Shown here piece after piece: positions 27,422-35,853 of a DNA stretch of 64,000 nucleotides. Location of the stretch: positions 11,457 to 75,456 of the forward strand of contig JACOXP010000007.1 in assembly GCA_016182295.1 (NCBI GenBank). The letters are read 5' to 3'. The stretch's first letter is position 1. The number at the start of each line of letters is the position of its first letter. Made by a program: the position numbers and the translations under genes. Origin of the DNA: Candidatus Harrisonbacteria bacterium (GTDB taxonomy: Bacteria; Patescibacteriota; Minisyncoccia; UBA6257; WO2-44-18). The notes beneath the pieces are model-generated. The model ran no database searches. It was not told where the DNA came from and saw nothing but the letters and a program-made list of their open reading frames with translations.

Positions 27422-28078
27422 GTGGAAGAAGCACAACATCTTCTCTGCAGTCACGAAAGCGCTCGGCAGATAATGGGCAGTAATTTTATTGATGTAGCGG
27501 AAGTGCGAAAAATTTTTCCCTGCCTAAATGAAGACGTTCAGGATTTGGAAATTATACCCTACAGCCGCAAATCGCTTTATCTTTTAAGCGAACCTGAAAG
27601 TAATTTCATTCTTTTTCCGGGAATTCAGCGCTGCCGCAATCGGTCATTGACCATCGCTGAAATAAAAAGAATTTTTTGCCGCTTCCCTCGTCTTTTCGGA
27701 GAATCTTTGGCATTTTTTGCCTCAAAACATTTTTTTATTGATAATCAAAATTGCTTGCCTCGATGGTATCTAATGCCAAAAAAAACTCTTGATATGGAAA
27801 CGGCGATGGATTTTTTAAACGGTAACGGCATTCCCAATAAAAAATGGGGAAGAGAGCCGGCTATTGTTTATATTTACGCGCGGATGCTTTTTTATTTACT
27901 GAGAGAAGAGTCCATTTTTCAAAACAAAACATTCGCGACTTCCGACGCTTTAGTGAGAGGAACGAAAGACGCTCAAATTTGTCTCAATTTCAATGACAAG
28001 AGAATTTTGATCAGCAAATGGATTGACCAGGACAAAGATACGCCCAATGTCGTCCCCTCGCTCAAACAACATATATAA
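27422..28078 (+). CDS. Hypothetical protein
   Basis: 218-aa ORF. No family recognised. Confidence 0.45.
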   Translation: MEEAQHLLCSHESARQIMGSNFIDVAEVRKIFPCLNEDVQDLEIIPYSRKSLYLLSEPESNFILFPGIQRCRNRSLTIAEIKRIFCRFPRLFGESLAFFASKHFFIDNQNCLPRWYLMPKKTLDMETAMDFLNGNGIPNKKWGREPAIVYIYARMLFYLLREESIFQNKTFATSDALVRGTKDAQICLNFNDKRILISKWIDQDKDTPNVVPSLKQHI

Positions 28079-28125
28079 AACCCCTCCGATAACCATCGGA
28101 GGGGTAATTATTTAGTATTTACTCC

Positions 28126-29037
28126 CTATTTTACTAAGTTTAGATTTTTCAACTTTTCAACAAATTCCTCGGTTTCACGTTTGTTTTTGAATTGTTTCAG
28201 AATTTCACACGAAGCGGCAACGCTTTCCATCGGCCAGCTGTGGTCTTTAATAAACTCTATCTCCAAACGAGATAAATTCATCGCGTGAAGCTGATAATCT
28301 TCAAAGGCCTCAAAGGTAGTCGGGAGGGCATCTTTGATAATTCGGGCCATTGCTTCGCCGTAAACTCGGATTTCGTACTGCGCGTGTTTATCCAGTCGGA
28401 GCCGCAGAAAATGCAAAAGATTGTGAACATCGATTTTCCAATACCATTCCGTGTAGTTTGCAACAGAGAGACCAATGCGCGCCAGTTCGCGCGCCAGATC
28501 GAATTTAAGCAAATTTTCGTAAACTGCGTATTGCGAGATGTATTCCGCCTTGAGAAGTTCCAAAACCTTTTGCTGAACTTGCGGAGAAAGCGATTCTCCT
28601 CTGCCTTGTCGGTTGCCTTGAGACTGCTTGGCCAGCGCTGACGGTTCGGGAAGATAGAATTCATTACTCATTACTGAGTAACGCCCGGAGTATTCGTTAA
28701 CGTTGGCGGTCCGATGACGAATCCATTGCCGCGCCACAAAAATCGGCATTTTGCAGTGAAATTTAAATTCCACCATTTCCAACGGAGTTGTATGGACATG
28801 ACGTCGAAGATACCTAATCAAGCCGCGATCTTCGCTGACTTTTTTGGTGCCGCGCCCGTACGAAACCCGCGCGGCTTCCACAACAGAAGTATCATTACCC
28901 ATGTAATCAACTAAGTAGATGAATCCATGATTCAAACACTTTATGGGCCGATATAACCATTTTTCCGCGCCAGAACTTATTGGCCTCAATGTCGCTTCCG
29001 AACTTTCCGGAACGATTCTTTCCGGTAATTTCTCCAT
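28126..29037 (-). CDS. thyX: Flavin-dependent thymidylate synthase ThyX
   Basis: ThyX motif RHRTANVNEYSGRYS (RHR-x7-S). Confidence 0.85.
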   Translation of the reverse strand: MEKLPERIVPESSEATLRPISSGAEKWLYRPIKCLNHGFIYLVDYMGNDTSVVEAARVSYGRGTKKVSEDRGLIRYLRRHVHTTPLEMVEFKFHCKMPIFVARQWIRHRTANVNEYSGRYSVMSNEFYLPEPSALAKQSQGNRQGRGESLSPQVQQKVLELLKAEYISQYAVYENLLKFDLARELARIGLSVANYTEWYWKIDVHNLLHFLRLRLDKHAQYEIRVYGEAMARIIKDALPTTFEAFEDYQLHAMNLSRLEIEFIKDHSWPMESVAASCEILKQFKNKRETEEFVEKLKNLNLVK

Positions 29038-29081
29038 TCCTTCCTCCTTTTGAGAGCTCGTAAGTTTTTCAAAGAACCCTG

Positions 29082-29152
29082 TGGACCTAGCCAGAATCGA
29101 ACTGGCGCTTCCTCATTGCAAATGAGGTGTTCTACCACTGAACTATAGGCCC
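29082..29152 (-). tRNA. tRNA-Ala (anticodon TGC)
   Basis: Reverse complement is GGGCCTATAGTTCAGTGGTAGAAC...TTTGCAA loop...TTCGATTC...TAGGTCCA, with a G3:U70 pair. Confidence 0.8.
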
Positions 29153-29157
29153 TTGGC

Positions 29158-29174
29158 GGAGACGGGAGGATTCG
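29158..29174. repeat. Direct repeat of the tRNA-Ser(CGA) 3-prime end (ggagacgggaggattcg), about 150 nt downstream of the tRNA
   Basis: Identical 17-mer at 29307..29323. The copy continues as ...cgcc with a tRNA-like CCA end on the minus strand. Confidence 0.75.
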
Positions 29175-29305
29175 CCTACAAGTCGCTCGGCCTTCCGGCC
29201 TCGCGCTAGCAGGCCGCCCCTCGCGGCCGTGCTCGTCACCTCGCTCGCACGGCATCGCTGCGGTCTTCGAATCCTCAAACAAGCCAAGCAGTTGGCTTGT
29301 TTTTG

Positions 29306-29392
29306 CGGAGACGGGAGGATTCGAACCTCCGAAGCCCTTTCGGACTTACCGCATTTCGAGTGCGGCGCATTCGTCCACTCTGCCACGTCTCC
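29306..29392 (-). tRNA. tRNA-Ser (anticodon CGA)
   Basis: Reverse complement is GGAGACGTGGCAGAGTGGACGAATGCGCCGCACTCGAAATGCGG, followed by a long variable arm, then GGAGGTTCGAATCCTCCCGTCTCCG. Confidence 0.85.
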
Positions 29393-29453
29393 AATAAAAT
29401 ACCCCTTTAACAGGGGTATTTTACCGTATTTGCTTGGGCCCAAGCAAATAACC

Positions 29454-29615
29454 CTAGCCAAGGATACGGAACATCTTGGTTCCGCATTTCTCGCAAGTGC
29501 CGGTCGCCGCTTTGCGGGTTTTGCCGCCTTTTCCCTTCATTTCCACTTCTTTGGCGTCAACCATCTTACGGTCTTTGGCTTTGCATTTAACGCAATAACC
29601 TGTGTATTCAGCCAT
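29454..29615 (-). CDS. Small zinc-ribbon protein (CxxC...CxxC)
   Basis: MAEYTGYCVKCKAKDRKMVDAKEVEMKGKGGKTRKAATGTCEKCGTKMFRILG. Flanked by two terminator-like hairpins (29395..29421, 29426..29449). Confidence 0.5.
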   Translation of the reverse strand: MAEYTGYCVKCKAKDRKMVDAKEVEMKGKGGKTRKAATGTCEKCGTKMFRILG

Positions 29616-29709
29616 TTTTATGTATAAAATTTTATTTATCGACCTCAAATAACGCCGTATTTGATTATAGAGCTAGTATAGCATATTGTAAGAATAAATT
29701 AAAGAGAAA

Positions 29710-29781
29710 GCCCTCGTAGTTCAATGGATAGAACAACTCCGTCCTAAGGAGTGGATGACTGTTCGATTCAGTCCGAGGGCA
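29710..29781 (+). tRNA. tRNA-Arg (anticodon CCT)
   Basis: GCCCTCG acceptor, anticodon stem ACTCC/GGAGT, loop GTCCTAA. Confidence 0.8.
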
Positions 29782-29830
29782 CAAAATCCGGTTTACAGAC
29801 ACTAAAAACTGGCTTAAACTGCAAGCCTAA

Positions 29831-29901
29831 GGGCCTATAGTAAAGTGGCATTACGCCTCCATGGCATGGAGGAGGTCGGGGTTCGATTCCCCGTAGGTCC
29901 A
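29831..29901 (+). tRNA. tRNA-Ala (anticodon GGC)
   Basis: GGGCCTA acceptor with G3:U70, anticodon loop ATGGCAT, T-arm CGGGGTTCGATTCCCCG. Confidence 0.8.
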
Positions 29902-30105
29902 CCGATTTGGGAGAACTCCCACATTATCCAGTCTTGTTGACCTAGAATTCGGCTTGTTATTTGTTTTTAAACCCCAACAACTGGCGATAATCACGAATCG
30001 TTGCTTCATTTCGTACTGAAGTTCGTCAAACTTTTTATCAACATCACCAAAACCTCGCTGAACCATACCAGCCAATCCTTCTAAAGTCATTTCCCCTTTT
30101 GCCAT
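29851..30105 (-). pseudogene. Small ORF whose 3-prime end reads through tRNA-Ala(GGC); possibly a truncated gene
   Basis: The N-terminal 40 aa (MAKGEMTLEGLAGMVQRGFGDVDKKFDELQYEMKQRFVII) look protein-like. The remainder is antisense tRNA sequence. An inverted-repeat operator lies just upstream. Confidence 0.25.
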
Positions 30106-30114
30106 GTTTGCATT

Positions 30115-30141
30115 ATATCACAACTAGTAGAATGTGATATT
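30115..30141. promoter_or_regulatory. Inverted repeat atatcaca-N11-tgtgatat, candidate operator in the promoter of the 29851..30105 ORF
   Basis: Perfect 8-bp arms immediately upstream of the start codon at 30105. Confidence 0.35.
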
Positions 30142-30190
30142 AAAAGCCCCCGCTGAATAAGGTTTGCGGGGACTGCTGAGTTAAAACAAC

Positions 30191-30553
30191 TTAGATTTCC
30201 TTCTTTGATTTTTCGAAGAGCGGAGGAAAATGGAACGTTTCTTTTTCCGAGAGTACTCGCACAGTTTCTGCTTCGCTGCATATTAATGGTTTCAAATAAA
30301 CAGAGGATCCAACCTTCCCATTGACAGCTTCCCACGCTATTAAAGTCCCATCGTAAAACGTTTTGACTTTTTTTAAAAAGTCATTGAGTATTTCTTGAAA
30401 AGAACTATCACGTATCGACCCGCACAATGGGATACTAATTGGATATTTGCTGCAATAAGCGTAGAGCGACTCTTCTGACCGTCCATCATAGCCGTCCCGG
30501 TATCGTACGCGAAGATACCAGTAGTCCCTGCCATCGTCAAGACGAATACGCAT
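30191..30553 (-). CDS. Hypothetical protein
   Basis: Start trimmed to MRIRLDDGRDYWY, which is preceded by a perfect Shine-Dalgarno TAAGGAGGTG. A terminator hairpin lies downstream at 30143..30178. Confidence 0.5.
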   Translation of the reverse strand: MRIRLDDGRDYWYLRVRYRDGYDGRSEESLYAYCSKYPISIPLCGSIRDSSFQEILNDFLKKVKTFYDGTLIAWEAVNGKVGSSVYLKPLICSEAETVRVLSEKETFHFPPLFEKSKKEI

Positions 30554-30795
30554 AGGACACCTCCTTAAAATGTGCAAAAGTGCTTTCCGGGGCATTATAA
30601 TACCTAGGTTATGATATGTAAAGCGTGACACCTCCGTCATACTTGAGATGAGGACCACACCTTAAATTATCTTTTATTTCAACGACTAAAATTCGTCCTA
30701 CCGTAAGAGATTTAGAACTTTTTGAAACCGTTTGATTTCGGCGGTGTTTTGATGTATCATTGTGAAAACTAAAAGAATAAGAAGGGGTGAATGTC

Positions 30796-31794
30796 ATGCA
30801 AAAAATAGTTAGGCTAGGCTTTGTCGGATGTGGAAAGCATGCAACACGGGGGCACGCGTATAACGCGCTTGCGCTTCCGGATATTTTTTCCATCACCGCT
30901 GCTTACGATACGAATCGCGAAGCACTTTCAAAATTTTGTAGTATTTCTTCCACTATAAGAGCAATGGGATCCGCGGATGAAGTCATTAAAAGTTTTGATG
31001 TAGATGCCGTTGTCATAGCAACGCCGCACGAGTTTCATCTCGACTTAATGCACAAGGCGGTAAAGGCAAAAAAACATACACTCTGCGAAAAACCGCTTTG
31101 GGTTGGAGACCACACCAAAGAAGTGAGCGGTATTCTGGATTCTGCGCAACAAAAAGGCCTTGTTTTTACAAGTTGTCACCTGCGACGATTTGCGGCAGAG
31201 TTTATGCGTCTCCACGACCTTATTCCGGAACTTAAATTTCTTGACGCTCTCCTCGAATTTAATTTCCGTTTCTTCTATCACGAACCGTCTACAGTGTGGA
31301 AAAAGGCAGAAGCTGAAAGCCTGCTATTAGACCACCTGAACCACGAAGTTGACATTTTGCATTACCTTCTCGGTTATGCGCCTCTCAAACTTGAAAAGCG
31401 CGCGGACTCTTTCGATCACTACGAGGTTGTTGGAGAAAGAGCGGATGGAATTCATATATTTTTCCTTGGAACACGAAGGTTGAAGAGTCGGATATTCAGA
31501 AACGAGCTCGAACTTGTTTTTGAAAAGGGACGCGTTGTAACACTCGCAACCCTGGAAAATGGTATCGTACATTCCACAATTATCACGACGAATTTTGACC
31601 AGCGAGAAGAATCGGTTATTCAACTTCCACATTATAGCTACGAGGATGTACTTGTGGAAGTCATGCGAAACTTTGGAGAAACGATTCTGGGGCGTGCCAC
31701 TAATTATCTCGGCACCGAAGACCTGATTACAAATAACGAATCGTGCAACGAATTGCTGTCGAGGGGTGTTTACAGCTACACTCCTACCAGATAG
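30796..31794 (+). CDS. Gfo/Idh/MocA family NAD(P)-dependent oxidoreductase
   Basis: Rossmann motif VRLGFVGCGKHA, plus ATPHEFHLDLMHKAVKAKKHTLCEKPL. Confidence 0.75.
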   Translation: MQKIVRLGFVGCGKHATRGHAYNALALPDIFSITAAYDTNREALSKFCSISSTIRAMGSADEVIKSFDVDAVVIATPHEFHLDLMHKAVKAKKHTLCEKPLWVGDHTKEVSGILDSAQQKGLVFTSCHLRRFAAEFMRLHDLIPELKFLDALLEFNFRFFYHEPSTVWKKAEAESLLLDHLNHEVDILHYLLGYAPLKLEKRADSFDHYEVVGERADGIHIFFLGTRRLKSRIFRNELELVFEKGRVVTLATLENGIVHSTIITTNFDQREESVIQLPHYSYEDVLVEVMRNFGETILGRATNYLGTEDLITNNESCNELLSRGVYSYTPTR

Positions 31795-31936
31795 CTTTCG
31801 TTCGTATGTCAAAACTGGCTTTTTGTTTGAAGTGTGTTAGTTTACCAAAAATTTTAGATGTTGCTGATCAAAGCTGCGAATGACTTAACATTCGGCAGAA
31901 ATTCGGCTATGCTGGTTGATATAGGAGGAGATTGAA

Positions 31937-32056
31937 ATGAATAAATTGGTAGTAAAAAGAAAAGATTTGGTTTTAGTTGGAGCTGTGCTCCTACCGATGA
32001 TAGTAGCAACGATTATGTATATGCTGTTACCGGGGGAAGAAGCAAAGGAGTTCCTG
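31937..32056 (+). CDS. Candidate 39-aa membrane peptide
   Basis: GGAGGAG Shine-Dalgarno 6 nt before the ATG. MNKLVVKRKDLVLVGAVLLPMIVATIMYMLLPGEEQRSS. Below the ORF-track size cutoff. Confidence 0.25.
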
Positions 32057-32132
32057 AAGTTCATTACCATTCCATTCGGAAAGTAATAGATGTCGAAAAT
32101 CGACAGGACGAGATTTTTTTGAGCTTGAGTCA

Positions 32133-32165
32133 AACCCCGATCAATTGATCGGGGTTTTTATTTTT
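32133..32165. terminator. Rho-independent terminator
   Basis: aaccccgatc-aatt-gatcggggttttt. Confidence 0.6.
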
Positions 32166-32284
32166 GAGATCAGGGCAACAGCACATGACAACCTCGAATT
32201 ACGAATAAATAAATGTAAAAAAAACTGGCCACGCGGTTGGCCAGGTTTCCAGAAATTAAAATGGTGTTATAAAATCACGTAGGT

Positions 32285-32500
32285 TCAAGCTGGTTTTTCC
32301 GAATCATCAGGCAATTCAAGATCTATTTGATTCAATAGGGCGTTGATCTCGACTATCCTATTGTGTCTACGTTTCTTCTCTTCGCCTGAGTATTTCTCAA
32401 TATCAAGAGCGAGAAGCGCCATTTCTTCGGTCAATTTCGAGATGCGGTCTAGCACCGCCGCTTCCCTGATAAGTTCCAAGCGTTCCTCGTTGGTCAGCAT
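32285..32500 (-). CDS. Hypothetical small coiled-coil protein
   Basis: 71 aa with a GGAGGAA Shine-Dalgarno upstream. Terminator at 32226..32256. Confidence 0.5.
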   Translation of the reverse strand: MLTNEERLELIREAAVLDRISKLTEEMALLALDIEKYSGEEKKRRHNRIVEINALLNQIDLELPDDSEKPA

Positions 32501-32829
32501 GATTCTTTCATTCCTCCACGTAATTACTATTAAAGAACATTGCCATTCTATAATTAGTAAACGCAGGCGTCAATTCTCGAAGTGACGACCTTTGGAAGTC
32601 CTCGTCTCTGGATTGACTCATTGACCCGTCCATAAAATTCCAGAGGCGAGAACTGGAAATTCTCGATCAAGGTGTACCAGTGGGAGAAAACGATGTTGGG
32701 TTGGGCCATGCGTTAGTTCCCCATCATTTTTGCCACCCACCAGATGGTGTGGGATCCCAGAGACCGCTTAGAAACAAAAGCAATTAGGCCAGTGTTCTAT
32801 AAGATAGTGCATTTCAAGAAGGAGGTATT

Positions 32830-33024
32830 GTGATCGAATATTTGGGCTTACCATTAGAGATTGAGTACCTAGTACAGTTTGTGCTAATGTTTACGAGTTT
32901 CGGTTTCTTTCTTTTGTCTGTGTTCGTTTCTAATGAGCGCTTGAGGCTCCGATACGCCTTTACAACATTACTGTTGATAGTCATAACCGTCCTTCTCTTT
33001 GGCGCTCCGCCCTTCTTTAGCTAG
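32830..33024 (+). CDS. Small 2-TM membrane protein
   Basis: AAGGAGGT Shine-Dalgarno and a GTG start; hydrophobic 64 aa. Confidence 0.4.
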   Translation: MIEYLGLPLEIEYLVQFVLMFTSFGFFLLSVFVSNERLRLRYAFTTLLLIVITVLLFGAPPFFS

Positions 33025-33032
33025 GGCGGAGT

Positions 33033-33077
33033 TTTTCTTTCTCTCCTTTTTTTAACGCAAGACTAATTTGAGATGAA
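33033..33077. repeat. 45-nt direct repeat, copy 1 (ttttctttctctcctttttttaacgcaagactaatttgagatgaa)
   Basis: Identical to 34853..34897. Confidence 0.85.
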
Positions 33078-33254
33078 CTAGGGAAACGATTAAAACTAGA
33101 AATGTAAATAAAACGAGAAAGCATTTCATTAGACAATGATAGTGCCTTTCGTTAATAACTAAAACCGAGGGTTCATTTACCCTCGGTTAGGAAAGTCGCG
33201 TGGACAGCATCTGCCCACTTACAAGAATCTAACACAAGCGATTGGGCAAGTTAT

Positions 33255-33542
33255 TTGGGCTTAAGGAGTGGTGCATATGGATGTTGCCTTGGGGTATTGA
33301 GCGGTTTAGTATTACTTGTTATTCATTGGACTAGGAAATATGTCCCTAGCACAAGACCTGAACTTGGCAACAAGTATTTCAGCGTCGCGTACATCTATGT
33401 CGGTATTATGTTCTTACTGCTCGTAGGTTATTTCTTCCGCTGGGCATCCAATAGCACCTGGTACCGTATCGCTAAACGTGAGTGGGCTTATGCGTTGAGT
33501 AACGAACGTGGTGGCGAAGCCGAGAAGAAACCTAGGAAGTAA
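33255..33542 (+). CDS. Hypothetical small membrane protein; start uncertain
   Basis: 95-aa ORF with hydrophobic segments. No clean ATG with a Shine-Dalgarno. Confidence 0.3.
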   Translation: MGLRSGAYGCCLGVLSGLVLLVIHWTRKYVPSTRPELGNKYFSVAYIYVGIMFLLLVGYFFRWASNSTWYRIAKREWAYALSNERGGEAEKKPRK

Positions 33543-33612
33543 AAGACTTGCGTCACCGGTCATGGCACACATTATAAAAAAAGAGGCCTTAAGGCCTCTT
33601 CGTGTTGTATGA

Positions 33613-33900
33613 TTACCTAATTTCCAATACATAGAGCATCGAGAGTAGCGTGATAGATATTATCGTAAAACAGACGCCGTAAAATTCCCAAGCAGAGAGA
33701 TATCCATAGGAGGCGCTCTCTGGGTAATAGTTTGGAAAGGCGGGTAGAACCATTCCCGTGGCCATGCCCAGTAGTGCCTCCTGGGAGATAATAAATACTC
33801 CCACTGGTTGCAGATTAGGGAACTGTCGGGAGAAACCTCTGAAGACAAGATACGAAAGCACGAGAATCGAAGACGCAGTCAGGAACCACCATAATTCCAT
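33613..33900 (-). CDS. Hypothetical 3-TM membrane protein
   Basis: Start trimmed to MELWWFL, which is preceded by AAAGGAGGAA. Terminator at 33572..33600. Confidence 0.5.
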   Translation of the reverse strand: MELWWFLTASSILVLSYLVFRGFSRQFPNLQPVGVFIISQEALLGMATGMVLPAFPNYYPESASYGYLSAWEFYGVCFTIISITLLSMLYVLEIR

Positions 33901-34423
33901 ATTTCCTCCTTTCTTGAAAACGGTGGTCGGGCGGGAATGTAACAAACAATGATTATGAAATGCTCCCTCCGTGTTCTAGTTAAGTAACGACGTTCTCGGT
34001 GGCGGTACAGCTGTATCGCCAAATGGTGTGTTAAATCTGAGTCTCAAGCTCAGCGAAAGTGCTGATTCGTTTATACAACGAAGCCATGAAGTTTGTCAAG
34101 AGCCTGTCTGCTAGATTCAACTCTGAAGTGCAACACTCACTACTTCTAACGGGGAGAGATTTCAGGGGTTCACCCGCCGCGGCGTGCGGCTAGCGAACCC
34201 GACTGCCATTCGGCAGCTTGCCGACACCCTCGCCTCGGTCTGCGAACTGATCGAGGGGCAGGCTGGGATCGAGTCGGCGTAAGACAAGTCACCCATCACT
34301 TCGGTATCTCACTTCACCCATGGGAGGGACACCCTGCCTGCCTGGAGAGTGTCCCTCTCCACTTCCGTGGACGGACTAACCACAGATTTACGCTTTCCTT
34401 CTTCATGTGATACATTAATCACA

Positions 34424-34789
34424 ATGACTCGTAAGCCGTTGATAATATTTGGAATGATTCTTGTAATCCTTATTCTTATTGTAGTAGTACGTTTTTATAT
34501 TTATATTAACTCGCCCCTAACGACGATGACGGTAATGTTTAATCAAGATGTAAGTTATTTCCGTGCATGGACGGTAATACTCAGTCTGGGCCCAGCAATA
34601 AACCTTGCTAGCGTGATGTCGCCATTAGCTTCGTTCCCTCCATCGGGGGAGCACTTCGAAAAATACCGATATTTTATGCTTACTGTTCGGATCAAGGATG
34701 TCACAAACTTAGAAACGCAGTTGAGCAAGAATCCATTGGTGTCCAGCGTAAATACGTCACAGCTTCCTCTTTTACTACCAGTGTTCTAA
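34424..34789 (+). CDS. Hypothetical membrane-anchored protein
   Basis: ORF 34349..34789. A start at MTRKPLIIFGMILVILILIVVV is likely. Confidence 0.4.
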   Translation: MTRKPLIIFGMILVILILIVVVRFYIYINSPLTTMTVMFNQDVSYFRAWTVILSLGPAINLASVMSPLASFPPSGEHFEKYRYFMLTVRIKDVTNLETQLSKNPLVSSVNTSQLPLLLPVF

Positions 34790-34852
34790 TAATGCCTGAT
34801 GTTATGAACTGGACAGAACAGGACATTTAAAGATATGTCAATTAAGGCGGGC

Positions 34853-34897
34853 TTTTCTTTCTCTCCTTTTTTTAACGCAAGACTAATTTGAGATGAA
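34853..34897. repeat. 45-nt direct repeat, copy 2
   Basis: Identical to 33033..33077. Confidence 0.85.
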
Positions 34898-34914
34898 TTA
34901 TGATAAATGACCAA

Positions 34915-34975
34915 AAAAAAGGGCCGCGAGCTTTTCCCGTGTGCGTACACGGAGCTCGCGGGCCCTGTTGAGTGG
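34915..34975. terminator. Strong GC-rich hairpin terminator for the minus-strand two-gene membrane operon
   Basis: aaaaaaaa-gggccgcgagc...gctcgcgggccc. On the minus strand it is followed by a T8 run. Confidence 0.6.
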
Positions 34976-34998
34976 TGGAAATCACCACGCTGAATTTA

Positions 34999-35217
34999 TC
35001 AAAGGGATCTGACTTGCTTCCTCCTGCGAAAGAGACGAACCACAAAGAAGATGAGAATCATGATGAAGTAAAAGGCAATCGTTAGATAGACCCCAGTTAA
35101 TCCAACTGTGAACCATGATATCAATATAAATGCGGAGCAAAGGATGCTAACTATACCCAAATAAGAAAAGAATGAGTGGCCCGGCCTTAGAGAAGATGCC
35201 TGCTCCTTTTTTATCAT
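34999..35217 (-). CDS. Small 2-TM membrane protein
   Basis: 72 aa. Its ATGA overlaps the upstream gene. Confidence 0.45.
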   Translation of the reverse strand: MIKKEQASSLRPGHSFFSYLGIVSILCSAFILISWFTVGLTGVYLTIAFYFIMILIFFVVRLFRRRKQVRSL

Positions 35218-35651
35218 TTCTCGCTCCTGACCGTCAGCTCATTTCTCTGACGCATCTCCTCGTGACAGACAAGTAGTACTGCTAATGCCAGAAAAGCTAG
35301 CCAGATGGCCATTGAGAACGAAAACAGGCGTATTGAGCCGCTCTCAAAAAGGAGCAGTTCAAGTGTTTCCTTGGGACGGTCGATTGGCCAGAAGTAAGGT
35401 ATGCTGCTAAGGAAGACAAAGGTTCCAAGGAATGGAAGCAGAAGGGTGGCAGCTAGGGTTTCTGCGTCCGTGCGGCCGTTGCGCAGGTAAACGAACGCCA
35501 CGGTACAGGCGAATGTCAAGGTGGTCATGACAACCCCTAGATAGAACCAGAACATGGTATGCCCTCCAAAGAATAGAATCCAACAAAAAAGCCATTCCCC
35601 AAGGCCCCGTCGGGCGGCGAAGAATGACTTGATAAAGTTGTAAAAGTTCAA
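35214..35651 (-). CDS. Hypothetical polytopic membrane protein
   Basis: 145 aa with 4 TM segments. Confidence 0.45.
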   Translation of the reverse strand: MNFYNFIKSFFAARRGLGEWLFCWILFFGGHTMFWFYLGVVMTTLTFACTVAFVYLRNGRTDAETLAATLLLPFLGTFVFLSSIPYFWPIDRPKETLELLLFESGSIRLFSFSMAIWLAFLALAVLLVCHEEMRQRNELTVRSEK

Positions 35652-35853
35652 AGCAATGGTAACATGTCTTGCTTTTTCCTGCTAGTGTCAGCCGCCTGCC
35701 GGAATTCTGCCCATGGTAATACAAAAGCTTAGAATTTATTTTTAATCCTGATAACTGGCGACTGTGGGTTTGATTGAATAAGTGCCTTGTGCTATCATTG
35801 CTTCGAATCGGGTTGGTAAGTTGATATGAAACGCTCTTTGAAAGGAATAAGTG

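Noticed and set aside
28278-28914. ORFs 28278..28664 (-), 28285..28641 (+) and 28714..28914 (+) within thyX
   Set aside because: They overlap or are antisense to the thyX frame, which carries the RHR-x7-S motif.
29152-29306. tmRNA or other tRNA-like RNA because of the CCA-ending tRNA-like 3-prime fragment
   Set aside because: The fragment is far too short (~150 nt). It lacks a 5-prime GGGG acceptor partner and any tag-peptide reading frame ending in a stop. It is better explained as a duplicated tRNA-Ser 3-prime end.
31327-31812. ORF 31327..31812 (-)
   Set aside because: Fully antisense to the well-supported Gfo/Idh/MocA oxidoreductase gene. No start context.
31885-32133. ORF 31885..32133 (-)
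   Set aside because: It overlaps a Shine-Dalgarno-led plus-strand small ORF and a terminator, and has an implausible Ser/Ile-rich composition.
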